Positions 31,683 through 41,748 of a DNA stretch of 64,000 nt are shown in pieces; within the stretch, counting starts at the first letter, position 1; each line of letters begins with the position of its first letter. The stretch is from an uncultured Gemmatimonadaceae bacterium (GTDB taxonomy: Bacteria > Gemmatimonadota > Gemmatimonadetes > Gemmatimonadales > Gemmatimonadaceae). A program made the translations under genes and the position numbers. The DNA is taken from NCBI GenBank assembly GCA_963822945.1, contig CAWGJO010000004.1, positions 1-64,000 on the forward strand, read 5' to 3'. Under the pieces are notes generated by a model. It saw only the letters and a list, made by a program, of their open reading frames with translations. It did no database searches and was not told where the DNA came from.

Positions 31683-32180
31683 CTAGAAGCGTCCCGTCGA
31701 ACCGAACCCTTCGCGTCCCGCGTCGCCGGAGTCGAGGGGCGCTGTGCGCACCATCACAGGATGGGCGCACAGCACGAAGAGCAACTGGGCGATCCGCTCG
31801 CCGTGTGCCACCACCACCGGCGCCTGGCCGTCGTTCCGGAGCATCAGCATGATCTCGCGCCCCACGTACGCCCGGTCCACGAGCCCCGGGGAATTCCGAA
31901 TCGTCAGGCTCCGTTTTCCCGTAGAGGAGCGGGGAAGCACGAGCATCGCGACGTGCTTGGGGAAGGTTCGGGTGACGAACAGGCCGGTTCCGACCGTTGC
32001 CTCGTCCCCCGGCGCGAGGGTGAGCGATTCGGGGGGCGGGCTCGACGCGGCCGGCCCCGTCGCCAGGCAGCAGCGGACATCGTATCCTTCGCTCTCGTCG
32101 GCGGCGGTGGGCAGCCACTGGTCGTCGTCGTCACGAGTCGAGAATCCGAGGTCGAACTGAATGAGCGCGTCGAGAGTCAT
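31683..32180 (-). CDS. dut: dUTP diphosphatase (trimeric type, divergent)
   Basis: GYDV, PRSS, NSPGLVD..Y.G, GERIAQL and GFGSTG. Confidence 0.85.
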   Translation of the reverse strand: MTLDALIQFDLGFSTRDDDDQWLPTAADESEGYDVRCCLATGPAASSPPPESLTLAPGDEATVGTGLFVTRTFPKHVAMLVLPRSSTGKRSLTIRNSPGLVDRAYVGREIMLMLRNDGQAPVVVAHGERIAQLLFVLCAHPVMVRTAPLDSGDAGREGFGSTGRF

Positions 32181-32209
32181 GGCCGTCCGTCGTTGGTGGA
32201 GGTGAAAGG

Positions 32210-32974
32210 GTGTCATCCGTGCCGCCGTCCGCAAAGGTAGCATCCCGCCGCCAGTCGTACTGGGCGGCCAGTCGTTCGCCGCGCTACAGCCTGCTGTTCG
32301 CGCTCCCGCTGCTCCTGTTCTACGAGGGGCTCATCGTGGCGCGCCCGGCGCGCGTCGGCGACGCCCAGATCCGGAACGGCGCCGACGTGCTGCTGCACCA
32401 ACTGTCGTACGCGCTCCTGGGGCCCTGGGGGCCGCTGGCCCTGATGGCGGCGGTGATGGCGGTCTGCGTGGTGCTCGTGCGGCGCGATCTCAAACGGGGC
32501 GGCGGCCTGCACGCCGGCACCTTCGCCCTGATGTTCGCCGAGTCGGCGGTGCTCTCGGTGGCGTTCGGCCTCGTGGTCGGCACGGCAACCGCGGAGTTGC
32601 TCGGCCAACTGCGAGCCCTCTCCATGGGGCCCATCCAGGGTATGGACGCCACCACGCGCCTGATGCTCTCGCTGGGGGCCGGCCTGTACGAGGAGCTGGT
32701 GTTCCGCGTGCTGCTGGTGGGTGGCCTGGCGTTCGGGGCACGAGTGGTGCTCGGCATGAGCCGGCTGACGGCGGGCATCGGGGCGACGATCATCGGCGCC
32801 CTCGCCTTCTCCGCGTTCCACTACATCGGGCCCTACGGCGAGCCGCTCCAGCTCCAGTCGTTCGTCTTTCGGGCCATCAGCGGCGTGGTGTTCAGCGCGC
32901 TGTACCTGACCCGTGGATTCGGCATCACGGCCTGGACGCACGCGCTCTACGATATCGGGGTGCTGCTGGGCTAG
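32210..32974 (+). CDS. CPBP (Abi/CAAX) family intramembrane glutamic endopeptidase
   Basis: EELVFR, FSAFH and HALYD motifs with multiple TM helices. Confidence 0.9.
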   Translation: MSSVPPSAKVASRRQSYWAASRSPRYSLLFALPLLLFYEGLIVARPARVGDAQIRNGADVLLHQLSYALLGPWGPLALMAAVMAVCVVLVRRDLKRGGGLHAGTFALMFAESAVLSVAFGLVVGTATAELLGQLRALSMGPIQGMDATTRLMLSLGAGLYEELVFRVLLVGGLAFGARVVLGMSRLTAGIGATIIGALAFSAFHYIGPYGEPLQLQSFVFRAISGVVFSALYLTRGFGITAWTHALYDIGVLLG

Positions 32975-33038
32975 GAGCGCCGCCGGCTGCCGGCCGGGGA
33001 CTCCTGACGGCCCACCGCCATCAGTCGACGGTGCGCGG

Positions 33039-34044
33039 CTATCCGTCGGCTCCCAGCGCCTTGGCGAATGCCTGCACCACTTGCCCGGCCGGCTCGATGT
33101 CGTGGATCTGGGCCACGCTCTTCCCGGCCTGCCAGTAGTCCTCGGCTCCGATCCGCCGCGTGGAGCGACTTCTTGAGCTTGCGGAGCGAGTGCAGGGCGT
33201 AGATGGTCCGCATCCAGTGCTTGGTCCGGCGGTGGCGAAGCATCCAGCGGGCGATCGGGCCGGCGCCGCGTGCCCAGCCGCCGCACGTATGGCGTTGTCG
33301 ATGACCGCCACCGGCACTCCCGTGAGCCGCTCGGTGAGCACGATGTCGTCGCTCGCGTCGCCGCGACGATGGCGCTGTTTGTAGTCGTCGGCGGCGCTGC
33401 ACTCCGTGGTGGCGATGAACCGGGTGCCGAGCTGGGCGCCGGCGTAGCCCATCCGCAGGACCCGGCGCGGAAGCTGCCGGCGTCCCCGATGCCGCCGGCG
33501 CAGACGAGGGGGAGGCCCAGGTCGCCAAGCTCGTCGAGAAGCGCCTGCGGCGATCTGGCTCGCCGGCGTGGCCCCCGGCGCGATCGTTCACCGCGATGAG
33601 CCCGTGGACCCCGCCGTCGCGCGGCCTTCAGCGCCCACTTGCGCTCGGTCACGTCGTGGTACACCACGCCGCCCACGGCCTGCACCCGCTCGACCACCCA
33701 GCGCGGGTTGCCCAGCGAGGTGACGAAGAAGCGGACCCCTTCCTCGAGCGAGATGTCGATCCAGCGCTCCATCCGCTCGCGATACATGCTCGACGGACTG
33801 CTCGATGAGGGCGTTCATCCCGATGGGCTTCGCGGTCAGCGAGCGGATATAGCGCAGCCCCTCCCGGATAGTCGTGCCCGTGGACGTAGGTGAGCGAGAT
33901 GGGCTGGACGATGCCGATGGCCCCTGCTTCGGACACGGCCGCCACCAGCTCGGGGTTGCTGCATGGGTACATGGCGCCGCAGATGAGGGGCACTTCGATC
34001 CCCACGCGCCGAGTGAAGGCGTTGTCGGCCAGCGACTTACCCAT
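33039..34044 (-). CDS. Nitronate monooxygenase / FabK-like flavoenzyme (several frameshifts)
   Basis: PLICGAMYPCSNPELVAAVSEAG, TSLGNP, AGGHAG, CAGGIGD, QLGTRFIAT.E and WQAGKSV across frames. Confidence 0.88.
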
Positions 34045-34555
34045 GGATTCCCGGAGGGTTGGCAGTGGACGGGGTCACCGGGGCCAGCCGCCAGACCACC
34101 GAGGCCGACGCGACCGGTTCGCCGGTGGCGTCCTCAATCGTGGCCGTTACCGTATAGTCGGTCTCCTCGGTCACGGTGCGGGGCGGGGAACAGCGGCACT
34201 CGGCGGTCAGCGTTCCCCGGGCCTTCTTCAGGTACTCGATGGACAGGCTGCGGACGATGCCGCGGGTGCCGGCCGGAAGCGCGGCGAGCATCGCGGTGCC
34301 GCTGGCCACTTCGGCCAGGTTCACCAGGGCCACGGCGTGGACCGAATTGAGGTGGTTCCGGACTCGGCGCCGGTCCCGAAGCGTCCATCTGGAGTAGCCG
34401 GGCTCCAGCGCGACGACTCGCGCCCCGATGGTTCCGGTGTACGGGGCCATCCAGCCAATCATCCGGCTGAACAGCCACCGGCCTCCTGGCAGGCCGCTGA
34501 GCCGGCGCCACATGGCGATGATCCGGGCGCTCGGGGCATCCAGCGAGGCAGGCAT
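34037..34555 (-). CDS. Hot-dog-fold thioesterase (DUF4442/YiiD-like)
   Basis: APYTGTIG, RNHLNSVHAVAL.NLAE and IEYLKKARG. Confidence 0.85.
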   Translation of the reverse strand: MPASLDAPSARIIAMWRRLSGLPGGRWLFSRMIGWMAPYTGTIGARVVALEPGYSRWTLRDRRRVRNHLNSVHAVALVNLAEVASGTAMLAALPAGTRGIVRSLSIEYLKKARGTLTAECRCSPPRTVTEETDYTVTATIEDATGEPVASASVVWRLAPVTPSTANPPGIHG

Positions 34556-35532
34556 CTGGTGGCCGTCGGGGTGGGCATTCGACGGGGCCGGATTGTCTGG
34601 ATTGCCCCGCGCCCCGGATGGTAAGTGGGTTCCACCGGGTGGGCAAGGACAGGGGGCAGCGCCACCGATCGGCGGCCTGCGCCGTCGCCGAACGACGGTG
34701 GCGGCCGCCGGCATGGATCGTCTTCAATGTGCCAATATGACGCGCAGAAATCCGGTCGGATGTTCGTTGGTGCTGGCGCGATTCCGCGCGGACGAGAGTG
34801 GGCAGGGGAGGGATGGGTGTCGCCTGCGGACGGCGCATCCGCAGGTCACCCCCCAACTGGTCGAGCGGTGTGCTCAGTCGCCGGTCGTTGGCCGGTGACT
34901 GGGCGTATCGGTCCATGCCTCGCTGGAAGTTGTACGCAGCGGTCGGGGGTATTTCGTGGTGATTGTGAGCGAATGGCTCCCTCGATCGCGCGCCAGAGCG
35001 GCCGAATTCTCAGGATCGGCCGCTGTTGATATCGACCATATCAACTACTTTCTCAAGTACGTGGTAATATGCTATCAAATCACGCGTTACTGCTGGTATC
35101 ACAAATATATCAATGCCTTGAACACCGGTAATTCCGTCCGGTGCTCGCTGTAATTCGATGGTGTGCCATCTCCGCCTTCCCCGAGCCGCGACCGCCCCAC
35201 CACTGAGGCGCGGATATCACGTCGGCAAGACTTATCCACACCACATACGCGGGCCGTTGGTCCGCGTCCGGACCCGGCGCTCCGGCCTCCGCGTCTCAGC
35301 GCGGTCTCACCCAGAACCGGGATCGCCGGCTCGTGGTCCCAATGATCGAACGCCGAATCGCCAGCCGGGAGCGTGGGTGATGCCGTCCTATCCTGAGGCA
35401 TGACACGCGTGGCGCGGTCACTCGGCAGCTGCCATATCGTCACGGCTCCGTTTGACGATTCCGTGCCCGGCGCCGCGTGCCAGACCGGCGGGCCTCGGCG
35501 CGGAAGAGAGGGACTCGGCCAGACCAGCGGAC

Positions 35533-35570
35533 AAGAAAAGGGGGGCAGCCAGACCGGCCGCCCCCCTCTT
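35533..35570 (-). terminator. Intrinsic terminator for the SGNH/FadL operon
   Basis: On the minus strand GGGGGGCGGCC-N5-GGCTGCCCCCC followed by TTTTCTT. Confidence 0.75.
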
Positions 35571-35598
35571 CGATTCGACTGTTCAGTTCATGCCGGGC

Positions 35599-36822
35599 TC
35601 ACGGCACGTGCCGCACCGAGGTCCCGTACTTGGAATTGATCACGTCGATGAGATCGTTGGCGATCGTGACGTGGGTGGAATTGCTCGGGTGGACCCCGTC
35701 CAGCGAGAACGCGGTGCCGAAGGGCTGCGTCGGGCTGGCCAGGTTCGGCGGGTAGTCCACGGCCCCAGGCGTCTGGGCCAGCTGGGCGAGCGCCACGTTC
35801 GGGTCCCAATACGCGAACCCGATGGCGTCTGCCTTGCTCTGGATATAGGCGTTGTACGAGTTGATCAGGTTGAACACCTGGAGCTGCTCGGCGGCGTCCA
35901 GCACCAGGTAGTCGCCCACGGGGGCGGTCACGTCGCCCTTCACGCAGGCGATGATCGGCGGATGGAGCCCGGCCTTGATCGCGGCCACGATCTGGATGTT
36001 GATGAGCGATTGGTTGCCCGGGGCCGTGAAGCAGTCCGGATGGATCGTGATCGTGGTGCCGGCCGCCAGGTCCAGTCCGCCCACGAACTGTGCGTTCTGA
36101 AGAGCCGCGGCCGGAAAGAGCTGCGGAGCCGCCGCTACCTGGACAACGCCGATCAGGACGCCTTTGAGATTCGGCGCCCCGGCCATCAACTGGCTGATCA
36201 TGGAGTCATAGGCCGCCGTGAACGTGGCCAATGGCGTAGCGCCGTCCGGCTGCCCGGTGAGGGCGGGCCCCAGGACATCGTTGTTGCCGATCCAGATCGT
36301 GGCGAAGGTCGGTTTGGCGACCAACGCCCGTTGGGCCTGCGTGAGGCCGCCCAACACGAAGGTGGTCAACGGGTTGGCGCTCGTGCCGTTGGGCGAGGTC
36401 AGGTCGGCCACGTTGGCACCCGGCACGGCCACGTTGTTGAGTACGTCGGTGACCGACCACTGCGTCCGCAGGTAGCAGCTGGTTCCGGTGCTGGCAGGAT
36501 AGCCCGGCGGAGTCACCCGTGTCTGCGTCTGGAAGTTGTCGATCGGGGGCGGGCACCCCGGGTTCTGCAGCGCCGGATAGGCGAACCGGGTCCCGAACTG
36601 CTGGGCCAGCAGCACCGGATACGCGCGACTCTGCGTGGAGTCGTTGATGCCGCCCGACTGATACCCGGCGGTGAGGCTGTTCCCGAGGGCCACGTAGCTC
36701 TTGAAAATGCTTCCGCCGGCGTACGATGGCCCGACGGTCGAGTGCGGCATGTCGCAGCTGGCCAGGGCCCCGAAGAGCCCGGCGACCGCGACACCGCGAA
36801 GGAGATTCATGGTGCGAGACAT
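35599..36822 (-). CDS. SGNH/GDSL hydrolase lipoprotein
   Basis: Lipobox LASC; blocks GNSLTAG, NVAVPG, GNND and DGVHP. Confidence 0.88.
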   Translation of the reverse strand: MSRTMNLLRGVAVAGLFGALASCDMPHSTVGPSYAGGSIFKSYVALGNSLTAGYQSGGINDSTQSRAYPVLLAQQFGTRFAYPALQNPGCPPPIDNFQTQTRVTPPGYPASTGTSCYLRTQWSVTDVLNNVAVPGANVADLTSPNGTSANPLTTFVLGGLTQAQRALVAKPTFATIWIGNNDVLGPALTGQPDGATPLATFTAAYDSMISQLMAGAPNLKGVLIGVVQVAAAPQLFPAAALQNAQFVGGLDLAAGTTITIHPDCFTAPGNQSLINIQIVAAIKAGLHPPIIACVKGDVTAPVGDYLVLDAAEQLQVFNLINSYNAYIQSKADAIGFAYWDPNVALAQLAQTPGAVDYPPNLASPTQPFGTAFSLDGVHPSNSTHVTIANDLIDVINSKYGTSVRHVP

Positions 36823-36846
36823 CTCGTATTCTCCAGGTGGGTGGTC

Positions 36847-38241
36847 TTAGAACGAGGCCTTGAGGCTGATGGACAGGATGTTCGCGGCCAGCGTGAACAC
36901 ACCGTCATTGAGCTGCGCGGCGGTCTGGTTGCGCGAGGTGCGGTCGACGATCCGGCCGCGACGTCCCGGGGTCCAGACATAGGCGTAGGCCGCGTCCAGC
37001 GTGATCGCGTGCGTGAGCGGAATGCCGAGTCCCACGGTGTAGTTGGCGCGGTCCTGGTCGGGGAGGATCGGCGTGACGGTCACGTCGGGGGCCGGGGTGG
37101 CCACGCCCGCGTAGCCGAACCGATACTGCCACTTGTTGCCGGCGGTGTACTGGGCGCCCAGTCGAATGGCCGACGAGTTGTTGTAGTCCTCGAACTGGGT
37201 GTGCGTCCCCAGTGCCGGGTTGGCGAAGTGGATGTCGAGCTGATGGAACCGCTTCCAGCCGATCCACGCGTAATCGGCGCTCAGCAGCCACCGGTCGAAG
37301 CCGTCGTACGACACGCCGACTTCGGCCTGGTCGGGGTGCACGAGCTCCGTGGTGCCGCCCTGTGACACGAGAGCGCCGCTCGTGAACTGGCTGGCCACCA
37401 GCGCGTCGACCGGCGTGCCCGCCGGTGCGCCGAGGGCGTTGCCGCTGGCCAGCGTGAGCCCCGTCGGGATCTGCTGGAACGTCGCCTTGCCGTTCTTGTA
37501 GTTGAAGTTCAGCGACGACAGGTATCGTCCGCCGATCGTCCAGTGGTCGTTGAGGTGGCCGAAGAATCCCACCGTCACGCCGTAGGAATAGGCGCTGCCC
37601 TTGAGCGTGCCACGCGCGAATTCGGTGCCCTGCGCGATGCCGAGCTGCCCGAAGGTGATCGGGCCCGTGGGACCCGCGGTGGCGACCTGCGTCGAGAGAT
37701 CCACCGACTGGATGAGTTCCACGTTCGAGTGGCCGATGATGGGGCCGCCGCCGATCATCCAGTTGTCGTTGATCTTCCACGCGATGTTCGGCTGGAAGTA
37801 GAGGGTCTTGATCGACGCCTTGAGGGCCAGGAACCGCCCCGGAAAATCGTTGTGCCATTGCGACGTCAGGCCGTACGGCACGTACACTCCGAGGCCCCAC
37901 GACAGGCGGTCGTTCTGCCGGTGCGTGAAGAAGAGGTGCGGGGCGTACGAGGTGGGCACGTCGCCGGGATAGCGGCCGAGCGAACTGTCACGCCTGAAGG
38001 CGCCGGTGACGGCGATCGACGCGCCGCCGACGACCAGCGAGTTGCCGGACAGCGCGGCCGCGTACGCCGGGTTCCAGTAGATGGTGGAGGCGTCCTGACA
38101 GGGAGCGCCGGTGACCGCGTATCCGCGCCCGACGGCGCAGCTGCCGATCTCGTTCAGCCCGAATCCTTGCGCGAATGCCGTCGCCGGTAGCGCCAGAAGC
38201 GCCGCGGCCAGGCAATGCCGCGTGAAACGGTGCACACTCAT
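36847..38241 (-). CDS. FadL/OmpP1 long-chain fatty-acid outer membrane transporter
   Basis: GFGLNE after the signal peptide, ASTIYWNPA, YVPYGL, P.LPD.DR and a terminal Phe. GGAGG RBS. Confidence 0.9.
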   Translation of the reverse strand: MSVHRFTRHCLAAALLALPATAFAQGFGLNEIGSCAVGRGYAVTGAPCQDASTIYWNPAYAAALSGNSLVVGGASIAVTGAFRRDSSLGRYPGDVPTSYAPHLFFTHRQNDRLSWGLGVYVPYGLTSQWHNDFPGRFLALKASIKTLYFQPNIAWKINDNWMIGGGPIIGHSNVELIQSVDLSTQVATAGPTGPITFGQLGIAQGTEFARGTLKGSAYSYGVTVGFFGHLNDHWTIGGRYLSSLNFNYKNGKATFQQIPTGLTLASGNALGAPAGTPVDALVASQFTSGALVSQGGTTELVHPDQAEVGVSYDGFDRWLLSADYAWIGWKRFHQLDIHFANPALGTHTQFEDYNNSSAIRLGAQYTAGNKWQYRFGYAGVATPAPDVTVTPILPDQDRANYTVGLGIPLTHAITLDAAYAYVWTPGRRGRIVDRTSRNQTAAQLNDGVFTLAANILSISLKASF

Positions 38242-38497
38242 CTCCATCCTCCTAATGATTCTGCGCTCGCACGACGCGCACGAGCACATCGGGAAGACTG
38301 CGAACACTCAAGGCGGCCGCCGCGGGGCGCCGATCATCGTGACTCGACCTGAGTCTGGTACGGGCACTGCGGCTCGCCATTTGGAACAAAAGTGTAGTAG
38401 GTATTGCCGCGAAGGTAGAGGGGGCAATTCCCGTAAACACTGATGGGGTTCATCGGAATTCCCGGGTTCGGCGATGCCCGGGTGCCCGCTCGTCCCA

Positions 38498-41473
38498 TCA
38501 GGGGGTCAGGCGGACCTCGGAATACACCGTCGTCCGGTAGCGGTAGGGCGCGTCCAGCGAGCGGGCGGCGCCGAGCAGCAGGGCGAACCCCGGGAGATAC
38601 GCGGCTGGAATCGTGCCGCTGCGCAGCGACACTTCCACGCCCACCACCCGGTGCCAGCCGTTCGGCGGCGAGCCCGCGCTGACGCTGACGCCCTCGTAGT
38701 AGGGGGTCAGCATTCCCATCGGCACGCTCAGCTTGTACGCCAGCAGGGCGCTGCCGCGCCCCGGACCGGTCGGAACCACCGCGCCGTTGGGGAGACCGGG
38801 AACGGCATAGCGCGCCGCGGTGAGACTCGAGTCCACCAGCGGCGAGGGCATGCCGCCGGCGGCGAACCGCTCGAACGCCAATCCGCTCCCATTCATCTGC
38901 CCCCAGGTTCCCCGCGCGACCACCGGGAACGGACCGATGCCGGTCACGCCGAACGCGCCATGCACCACGACGCGCGAGACGCCGTCCTGGCCGGTGTTCC
39001 CGGCGTCACCGTGTACGGCGAGCTGCTCGAAGGCGCCGCGCCGCCCGCTGGACTGCCGCAGGCTTCCGCTCCATTCGCCGAACAGGACGGAGCGCGACCG
39101 CCGAACCTCCGGGGCGCCCAGCGCCAGGCGTTCGTAGCCGAAGCCGCCCCGGAGCCGCCACTGCCACTGGTCGCCCATCGCGGTCCACGCCGCGGCCACG
39201 AGTCCCCCGCGCCGCGTGGCGTCGTAGCGCGCGCCGGTGGTGCCCGCCACCGATCCGTAGCGCGGCTGCCGGCGCGCCGCGTGCAGGGCGGCGTCGAGTT
39301 CCAGCCGCGTTCCGCGCCAGGCGAGTCCGAACGTGCCGCCGCGCCACTGCGTGCGTGCGCCGAACACTCCGCCGGCCAGCGCGTCGAGCCGTCCGATCAC
39401 GTCGATGTTGGTGAGATACACCGCGCCCGCCAATCCGTCGGGGCCGTAGCTCTCGCCCGGCAGCCAGCGGCCGTGCCGCGGTCCAAGACCGTAGGGACGG
39501 GGCGCGCTTACGGGATTGCTCGGCATGGTGTCGCGCGTGACGGGCGCCGGGGGCGCCGCGGCGCCGTATGCACCCACGAGGCTCACCACGTGCCCCGCCG
39601 TGACATCCGCGTTCAGCCGGCGCACGTCGTAGCCGCGGGCGTGCAGCGCCAGGAACCACACGGAACCATCGGCGGGGTCGACGGCGGGCGCCACGGCGGC
39701 GCCCGTGACGCGCGTCAGGGCGCTCTCCCGCCGGGTGGCCAGATCGAGCTCCGCCAGGTCGATCACGCCGCCACGATCGGTGGCGTACACCAGCGTGTCG
39801 CCCGAGGGGCGGAAGCTGGCGTCGAAGCGGTTGGCCCCGTCGTCGGGATCGATGAAGTGGAAGCCGGAGCCGTCCACCCGCGCGATCCCCAGCCGCCAGC
39901 GGCCGCCCCCCGACGCACTGACGACGAACTGGGTGGCGCCGGGCGCGTACCGCGGCCGGTAGTACGAGCGCGACGGGTCGCCGCTCAGCACCGTGGTCAC
40001 CGCACCGGTCTGCAGATTCACGCGCACCACGTTGCAGGAACCGCCCACGCAGCGGGTGCCCAGCGCGTCGCGGCCGTTGGGCGACGGATCGGCATCGCGC
40101 ACGCCGGCGTCCACGGTGACCCGATAGACCCCGCCGGAGGCGATGCTCCAGACGTAGAGGTCGGGGCGCAGCGTCCCGTCGGCCTGCCGGGTCAGGCGGT
40201 TCACCAGCACCCGGTTTCCCGGCAGGAAGCGCGGCTGCACGAACCCGCGCCCACCCACCGCCTCGAGCGTGGCCAGCGCCTGCCGCGGCCGGGGATAGAA
40301 CCGTTTGGCCGCCACGTCTTCGGGATCGCGCGCCAGCATCTCGCGCGTCAGCCGCTCGGCGACCGTGTCGGGGGGCGGCGTCGCCGTGGACCACACCACC
40401 AGGCGGGACGGGGCGCTCCCCGACCGCAGCACGATCGCCATCCGGCGGCCGTCGGGCGAGAGCGCCGGATCGCCGGTCTGCCAGGCCAGGTGCTGCATGA
40501 GCGTTCCCTCAACGATCCCGGCTCGCGAGAGCGCGCCGGCCGCGTCGGTGGCCTCCGCCGTCAGCTGGGCGGTGAACCGGCCGTACAGCACGCGCGGCGA
40601 GTCGCCGTACACGCCGGCGAACGCGTCGTCGAACGTGCGTTCCACGCGCGCCGACGCCCGTCGCCACACGTGGACGAGACTGGAGTCGCCCTGCTGCGCG
40701 ACGAGCCACTCGAGGAACGCCGACCCCGCCAGATACGCGAAGTCGCCCCCGTCGAAGGCCCCCCACGAGCTCATCTGATCGTACGTGGGCAGGTGTCCCT
40801 CGAGCGCCCACTGGCGAAGCACCGCGGCACGCCAGGCGCCGTTGGGCCGCCCGCTTCCGGTGACCCGCCCCTCGACGTACGTCGCGTAGCCCTCGATGGC
40901 CCAGCGGGGCACCTTGCGCGGCAGGGGCCCGAGGTCGGCGGGCATCAGCTGCCAGACCAGCGCGTCGAGCGGATTGCGCGACGGGCGGGTCAGGTGCGCC
41001 AGATGGGCGAACTCGTGCACCGAGAGGATCTCGCCCCACGTGCGCCAATTGCCGATGTTGTCGCGCGGCGTGGGCGGTACGGGCCAGAACGTCAGAACGG
41101 GCGAGCGGATGAACGGGAGCGCCGATCCGTTGGGCTGGTCGTAGGGATTGTCCACCACGACCTCCACCCGGTGCGTGGGCGCGAAGCCCACGAGCGCACG
41201 TACGGCCGAGTCCACGGCTTCCATGTGCGAGGCCGTCTGTTGCGTCCAGCGGGCGAGCGGCGCGGGATAGTGGAATCGGAAGTGCGCCGTTTCCAGCGTC
41301 TGCCAGTCACCGTACGGGTCGACGGGGCCCTGGGCGTGGGCCCGGGCCGGCGCGGCGCACAGCGCGACGGCCGCGGCCAGTGCGCGGATACACGAAAGGG
41401 GCGAGGCGCGACGCCTCACCCCTCGAATTCCCGGGAACCCGCGACGGGTCACGAGACCGGAATCAGCCCTCAC
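38498..41473 (-). CDS. Large exported protein: HEXXH peptidase-like domain, TolB-like beta-propeller and beta-rich C-terminus
   Basis: WQTLETAHF, HEFAH, WAIEGYA and repeated P..SPDG motifs. Start is uncertain. Confidence 0.8.
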   Translation of the reverse strand: MRADSGLVTRRGFPGIRGVRRRASPLSCIRALAAAVALCAAPARAHAQGPVDPYGDWQTLETAHFRFHYPAPLARWTQQTASHMEAVDSAVRALVGFAPTHRVEVVVDNPYDQPNGSALPFIRSPVLTFWPVPPTPRDNIGNWRTWGEILSVHEFAHLAHLTRPSRNPLDALVWQLMPADLGPLPRKVPRWAIEGYATYVEGRVTGSGRPNGAWRAAVLRQWALEGHLPTYDQMSSWGAFDGGDFAYLAGSAFLEWLVAQQGDSSLVHVWRRASARVERTFDDAFAGVYGDSPRVLYGRFTAQLTAEATDAAGALSRAGIVEGTLMQHLAWQTGDPALSPDGRRMAIVLRSGSAPSRLVVWSTATPPPDTVAERLTREMLARDPEDVAAKRFYPRPRQALATLEAVGGRGFVQPRFLPGNRVLVNRLTRQADGTLRPDLYVWSIASGGVYRVTVDAGVRDADPSPNGRDALGTRCVGGSCNVVRVNLQTGAVTTVLSGDPSRSYYRPRYAPGATQFVVSASGGGRWRLGIARVDGSGFHFIDPDDGANRFDASFRPSGDTLVYATDRGGVIDLAELDLATRRESALTRVTGAAVAPAVDPADGSVWFLALHARGYDVRRLNADVTAGHVVSLVGAYGAAAPPAPVTRDTMPSNPVSAPRPYGLGPRHGRWLPGESYGPDGLAGAVYLTNIDVIGRLDALAGGVFGARTQWRGGTFGLAWRGTRLELDAALHAARRQPRYGSVAGTTGARYDATRRGGLVAAAWTAMGDQWQWRLRGGFGYERLALGAPEVRRSRSVLFGEWSGSLRQSSGRRGAFEQLAVHGDAGNTGQDGVSRVVVHGAFGVTGIGPFPVVARGTWGQMNGSGLAFERFAAGGMPSPLVDSSLTAARYAVPGLPNGAVVPTGPGRGSALLAYKLSVPMGMLTPYYEGVSVSAGSPPNGWHRVVGVEVSLRSGTIPAAYLPGFALLLGAARSLDAPYRYRTTVYSEVRLTP

Positions 41474-41645
41474 CCCCGCCGCCGGGCCTCTTGCCCTGCA
41501 CGATCTCGAGCAGCCAGGTGGTGGGGATGACGAACAGCGGCTGCAGGAACATCGGCAGCAGCGTGTTGATCCACACGAGCGCGATGTAGAACGCGCACAG
41601 CGCGATGCCGACGTATAGGGTGGCGAGCGGGCCCTGGGTGTTCAC
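41463..41645 (-). CDS. Small membrane protein (60 aa)
   Basis: GTG start with GGAG RBS, hydrophobic sequence and typical codon bias. Confidence 0.65.
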   Translation of the reverse strand: MNTQGPLATLYVGIALCAFYIALVWINTLLPMFLQPLFVIPTTWLLEIVQGKRPGGGGEG

Positions 41646-41748
41646 GAAAGCTCCTCGGTTCGAAAGATCGAGCGGCAAGATACCACGTGACGGGCCGGGG
41701 TTCCAGAGGGCGCTGGCTCCGTGTTCCGCCGGCGCTAGCTTTCCTCGC

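Noticed and set aside
35018..35046. dif site
   Set aside because: The right arm differs from the XerD consensus at several positions and there is no XerC-like arm. It is better explained as a simple palindrome.
34900..35300. oriC
   Set aside because: Only one clear DnaA box, and no dnaA/dnaN/gidA context in the window.
38474..41530. Long antisense ORFs (this 1018-aa one, also 42902-45376, 50736-53369, 57980-60763)
   Set aside because: Shadow frames of real genes in high-GC DNA, with no recognisable motifs.
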